From positions 34-64,033 of the forward strand of contig DAONBX010000010.1 in assembly GCA_035401705.1 (NCBI GenBank): a DNA stretch of 64,000 nt, in the 5' to 3' direction. Positions 60,444 to 64,000 of the stretch are shown here, piece after piece (position 1 is the stretch's first letter; each line of letters begins with the position of its first letter). Position numbers and translations under genes: made by a program. The notes below the pieces were generated by a model, which saw only the letters and a program-made list of their open reading frames with translations, did not search any database and was not told the DNA's origin. Source of the stretch: Aeromicrobium sp. (GTDB lineage Bacteria > Actinomycetota > Actinomycetes > Propionibacteriales > Nocardioidaceae).

Positions 60444-60977
60444 TTAGACCGCGACGACTCGGTCCAGTCGCGAATGGCGGCGGCGGATTTCCTGATCGAT
60501 TCGGTTTCGCAGGGTGAACTCGATCGCTGGACAGGAACTGCACGCGCCGGTGAGCGAAACCAACACCGTGTTGTCTTTGACTGAAACCAACTCGACGGCT
60601 CCACCGTGCGAGCCGATCACCTCGCCGACTGGTCCGCAAATCACTTCAAGCGCCACCTGTTGCAAGATCGCGTCATCGGCACGTTCGATCTGCCAGCCTT
60701 CTGGCTGGCTTAGGGCGGCCGACAGAGCCGTTCGGACCCGCGCGCCAACCACCGGCCACGACAACTCCGGTGACAGCCAAAGCCAAATGGCCGATTCTTC
60801 GACAATCGAGGCCCGAAGGACCTGTTCGGCGAACAGCTCGGCCAACGGCGCAGGGAACCTAGTCGGCAGGCCCGGTTCGAGAATGCCTGGCGGCACCACC
60901 CACCGAAGTACGTGCGGATCGGTCAGAACCTGCTCGGGGTGCATCGCGATGGCCGAGACCGTCTGGCTGGCACTCAT
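60444..60977 (-). CDS. NifU-like Fe-S cluster domain protein, translationally coupled to feoB
   Basis: C-terminal Nfu/NifU motif IGSHGGAVELVSVKDNTVLVSLTGACSSCPAIEFTLRNRIDQEI. The ATG at 60977 overlaps the feoB TGA (ATGA). The N-terminal ~110 aa are unassigned. Confidence 0.7.
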   Translation of the reverse strand: MSASQTVSAIAMHPEQVLTDPHVLRWVVPPGILEPGLPTRFPAPLAELFAEQVLRASIVEESAIWLWLSPELSWPVVGARVRTALSAALSQPEGWQIERADDAILQQVALEVICGPVGEVIGSHGGAVELVSVKDNTVLVSLTGACSSCPAIEFTLRNRIDQEIRRRHSRLDRVVAV

Positions 60978-62923
60978 CCGAAGGCGCCGACTACGCGATT
61001 TGCGATGAAGGCCGCTACCCATGCCAAGGCAAACATGTAACCGAAGGCGATCGCTGGCCACCGCCACGACCCGGTCTCTCGCCGCAGTACACCGACGGTG
61101 GACATGCATTGCAAAGCGAAAGCGAAGAACATCAACAGGGCCGCGATCGTAGCCGGTGAGAACAGCGGTTCTCCCTCATTCGGCCCATCAAGAACCTTCA
61201 TCTGGCTAAGCGCCAACGCCGGCTCTTCAGGGTTTTCAGCCGCCGCAACCTGACCGAGGGTCGCAACGAAAACTTCGCGAGCAGCAAGCGAGGAAACCAA
61301 GCCAATGTTGATTCGCCAGTCGAACCCCAACGGCTCAAACACCGGCTCTACGGCTTTGCCGATCGAGGCTGCAAAGGAGTTGTCCAAGGCATAGGAGCTA
61401 ACGGCGACTTCGCTGGAGGTGTCGACCCCGTGCGCCTGCATCTCGGCATCGGTGTGTTGCGGAAAGTTCAGCAGCAGCCACAAGATGATCGTCGTGGTCA
61501 AGATTATTGACGACACCTTCTTTACGAACGCACCGACGGCCGACCAAACTGCTGCGACTACTGAACGGGCCCGCGGCACCTGATAGGGCGGGATCTCCAT
61601 GTAGAACGGCAATAACCGTCCGCCGGCGCGAGAGATTTTGGAGGCGACCGCGGCCGCTGACATGGCTGCAACCGCGCCAATCACGTACATGGCGAACAGG
61701 ATTAGGCCACGCAAGTTGACCGGACCGTATCGTTCGTCGGGCCCGACCAGCAGGCCGATTAGCAGGATGTATACCGGCAACCGGGCCGAGCAGGTGACCA
61801 ATGGTGCGGCCATCATCGTGGCCAACCGATCGCGTGCCGACGGCAATGAGCGAGTCGCCATGATGCCAGGAATTGCGCAGGCCACCGACGAAAGCAAAGC
61901 GACGAACGCCCGGCCTTCTAAACCTGCCTTTGCCATCACCCGATCCATCAGGAAGGCCGCTCGCGCCAAGTAGCCCGAACCTTCAAGCAGTGCGATCAGA
62001 ATGAAAAGCAAAGCGATTTGCGGGAGGAATACCAGGACGCCGCCGACACCGCCAATCAATGCCTCGCCAACGAAAGACGCGAGCCAGTCAATTGAAATGA
62101 GTTGCGCGGCCGCCTCGCCAAGCCACGCAAATATGCCCTCAATCCAACCTTGGATTGGCGCAGCGACGACGAAGATTGTCTGGAAGAACGCGAACATGAC
62201 CGCAAAAAAGACGGCCGTCCCCCAAACCGGATGCAACAGCACCGCATCAATCCTGCTAGTGCGCGCGTCTGAGTCGGGTTCAACATAGTTGGCTGCGGCC
62301 AGCACCGAACTTGCCCAAGCAGCAGTTTCGGCAGCATCCGTTGGGGGTGCGATGACCGGGGCCGGCCAGTCGCGCCACCTGGCCAGTGTCTGCTTCAAAT
62401 TCGTGACTTGGCCCCGATCGCCGGGTGTAACCGCCACGACTGAAACGCCTAGTGCGTTAGTCAACGCGTGAATGTCGATCCGGCCGCCCCGACGCTGCAA
62501 GTCGTCAGTGAAGGTTAACGCGACACAAGTCGGTAGGCCGCGTTGAAGAACTTGGGCCAGCAGCGTTAGTGAGCGGCGCAAGGTGGTCGCGTCAACGACC
62601 ACGATCACCCCGTCTGGCGTGGCACTTATCTCGCCATTGGCTTCCAGAACGTCTACTACGACGTGTTCATCAGGGCTAATGGCATCGAGGCTATAGGTGC
62701 CAGGCAGATCCTCAAGGACGACAAAGTCATCGGCTAGTCGCGCTCGCCCCTCGTATTTCGCGACGGTCACGCCCGGATAGTTCCCAGTTTTGGCCCGCAG
62801 GCCAGAAAGGGAGTTAAACAGCGTGGACTTTCCCGAGTTCGGGTTACCGACGAGCGCAAACCGGTCGAGTCCGCGAGTGTCGGTAGTTGACCGGCCGGAA
62901 GGCTCGCAGTGCTGGCCGCTCAC
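60974..62923 (-). CDS. feoB: ferrous iron transport protein B
   Basis: N-terminal G-domain (ALVGNPNSGKSTLFN, DLPGTYSL) followed by a polytopic membrane domain. 649 aa. Confidence 0.93.
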   Translation of the reverse strand: MSGQHCEPSGRSTTDTRGLDRFALVGNPNSGKSTLFNSLSGLRAKTGNYPGVTVAKYEGRARLADDFVVLEDLPGTYSLDAISPDEHVVVDVLEANGEISATPDGVIVVVDATTLRRSLTLLAQVLQRGLPTCVALTFTDDLQRRGGRIDIHALTNALGVSVVAVTPGDRGQVTNLKQTLARWRDWPAPVIAPPTDAAETAAWASSVLAAANYVEPDSDARTSRIDAVLLHPVWGTAVFFAVMFAFFQTIFVVAAPIQGWIEGIFAWLGEAAAQLISIDWLASFVGEALIGGVGGVLVFLPQIALLFILIALLEGSGYLARAAFLMDRVMAKAGLEGRAFVALLSSVACAIPGIMATRSLPSARDRLATMMAAPLVTCSARLPVYILLIGLLVGPDERYGPVNLRGLILFAMYVIGAVAAMSAAAVASKISRAGGRLLPFYMEIPPYQVPRARSVVAAVWSAVGAFVKKVSSIILTTTIILWLLLNFPQHTDAEMQAHGVDTSSEVAVSSYALDNSFAASIGKAVEPVFEPLGFDWRINIGLVSSLAAREVFVATLGQVAAAENPEEPALALSQMKVLDGPNEGEPLFSPATIAALLMFFAFALQCMSTVGVLRRETGSWRWPAIAFGYMFALAWVAAFIANRVVGAFG

Positions 62924-63168
62924 GATTTCAACTCGACGTTGATGAACTTTGTTTGAGCCGAACGAAGGGCAATCTCGTATCCGCAGATTCGGTAGATCAC
63001 TGGGTCACCCAACGGGGCCCTGCGCAACACTTCAATCTGCGTGCCTGGCGCAAAACCCAAGTCCGCAAGTCGCCGTGCGACTAGCGGATGAAGCGTTGGA
63101 TCGAGTTCGGTGACAATCGCGCAGTCTCCGACGCTCAATTCAACTAATCCAGACTTCGTGCCTAACAC
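62920..63168 (-). CDS. feoA: FeoA-family protein
   Basis: 82 aa SH3-like FeoA pattern (LSVGDCAIV...RRLADLGFAPGTQIEVLRRAPLGDPV). GTG start. The stop overlaps the feoB start. Confidence 0.88.
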   Translation of the reverse strand: MLGTKSGLVELSVGDCAIVTELDPTLHPLVARRLADLGFAPGTQIEVLRRAPLGDPVIYRICGYEIALRSAQTKFINVELKS

Positions 63169-63201
63169 ACAATAAGGGTAACCTCAGTTGGGGTCACCTA
63201 A

Positions 63202-64000
63202 CTACTTGGGTGTCACCACAACCGTGCGAGTGGCCGAACCGGAAATTTTCACCTGCAGGATTCGAGTTTTGTTATCCCAGCTCACGACTTCGCCACCGGC
63301 CACCTTGGCACCGTTCTCGAAATGTTCGATCGGGAGTTGGAACTCAGTTGGCGCGGTGATGTTCGGGTCGGGGATGAGCGTCAACTCAACCCGGTCGGGC
63401 GCAGAATCCCAGTTAATCGGTTTGCCGGCGACGACGCGCGGATAGGCAAAGTTCAGCGCTGGTACAAGGTTTCTGACCGAACCGTCTTCCTCGTATGGGC
63501 CCCAACTGCCGTTATCTCGGACCCAATAGGTGGTGCCCGCGCCCATCGAGTGCGCCACCGAAAAGACCCGGTTTACGTAGTCGATCGCACCTGGTGTGGT
63601 CGTTTCTAAGCCGAACTCCCCCAGCAAGATCGGCACGTCGCCTAGCCTGTCGCTCACCCGCAAAGTGTTGGCTCGCCAAGCCTCGATCGTCGCGTCGACG
63701 AGTTTCTTGTTGCTGCCGACGTACCCACCGCCTAGGTCCATCGGCAGTGGGTAAAGGTGCGGGCAATAGGCGACCCGAGGTCCATCTTGTCGGGGGTCTT
63801 CAATTTTGCGAAGTCCGCTCGGGGTGCCCCAGTTGTAGCCGATCGCTTGCGGCTGCACACAAATCCACGAATCTTGATCAACTTGGCGGATCTGCTCGGT
63901 CACGCGTTGATAAAGGGAGGTCAGCGGCCCGGCTTCAAACCTCGGCCCCTGAATCGTGCCGCCATAAGGTTCGTTCATCAGATCGTAGGCGACGACCGTC
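63202..64000 (-). CDS. glycoside hydrolase family 5 protein (partial; N-terminus beyond the right window edge)
   Basis: The frame stays open upstream of the ORF-track Met: ...TVVAYDLMNEP (acid/base NEP motif). Nucleophile motif LLGEFG and a beta-rich C-terminal domain follow. Confidence 0.8.
   Translation of the reverse strand, partial: TVVAYDLMNEPYGGTIQGPRFEAGPLTSLYQRVTEQIRQVDQDSWICVQPQAIGYNWGTPSGLRKIEDPRQDGPRVAYCPHLYPLPMDLGGGYVGSNKKLVDATIEAWRANTLRVSDRLGDVPILLGEFGLETTTPGAIDYVNRVFSVAHSMGAGTTYWVRDNGSWGPYEEDGSVRNLVPALNFAYPRVVAGKPINWDSAPDRVELTLIPDPNITAPTEFQLPIEHFENGAKVAGGEVVSWDNKTRILQVKISGSATRTVVVTPK

Overview
High-GC actinobacterial chromosomal core segment with very high coding density: about 64 protein genes, many with 1-, 4- or 8-nt overlaps, and almost no intergenic DNA. 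All calls rest on motif recognition in the supplied translations and on manual reading of the DNA; no database search was possible. Gene order follows the conserved Actinomycetota backbone. In order: dus and glyQS; a Zur-box-controlled znuACB-zur zinc operon; cimA and aspA; pheST; infC-rpmI-rplT; hisGE; ribD-ribE-ribBA-ribH; rpe-rsmB-fmt-priA-metK-coaBC-rpoZ-gmk-mihF; pyrR-pyrB-pyrC-carAB-pyrF; a ydaO-type (c-di-AMP) riboswitch in front of an NlpC/P60 hydrolase; efeUOB; nusB-efp-pepQ-aroBKC-aroE-mltG-ruvX-alaS; rarA; feoAB with a translationally coupled NifU-like gene; and a partial GH5 hydrolase. I saw no rRNA, tRNA, CRISPR array, transposase or integrase. The stand-out is a 5.6-kb accessory block (about 30.0-35.6 kb) that splits the otherwise conserved mihF|pyrF junction. 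It holds a divergent lipoprotein gene and a tightly coupled four-gene operon: an ECF sigma factor, a 148-aa soluble partner overlapping the sigma stop codon, a signal-less S8 subtilase with a 4x HAKSNP tandem repeat, and an 818-aa TPR-CHAT caspase-like protease. Both proteases keep intact catalytic residues. The architecture resembles the TPR-CHAT/Csx30/RpoE accessory module of type III-E CRISPR loci, but has no Cas7-11 or array and has an extra subtilase. I read it as a candidate proteolysis-gated sigma-factor signalling or defence system. Other items worth a second look are a structured terminator-containing leader before an ATC-initiated infC, a PyrR-binding RNA that sequesters the pyrR ribosome-binding site, and convergent genes with overlapping stop codons.
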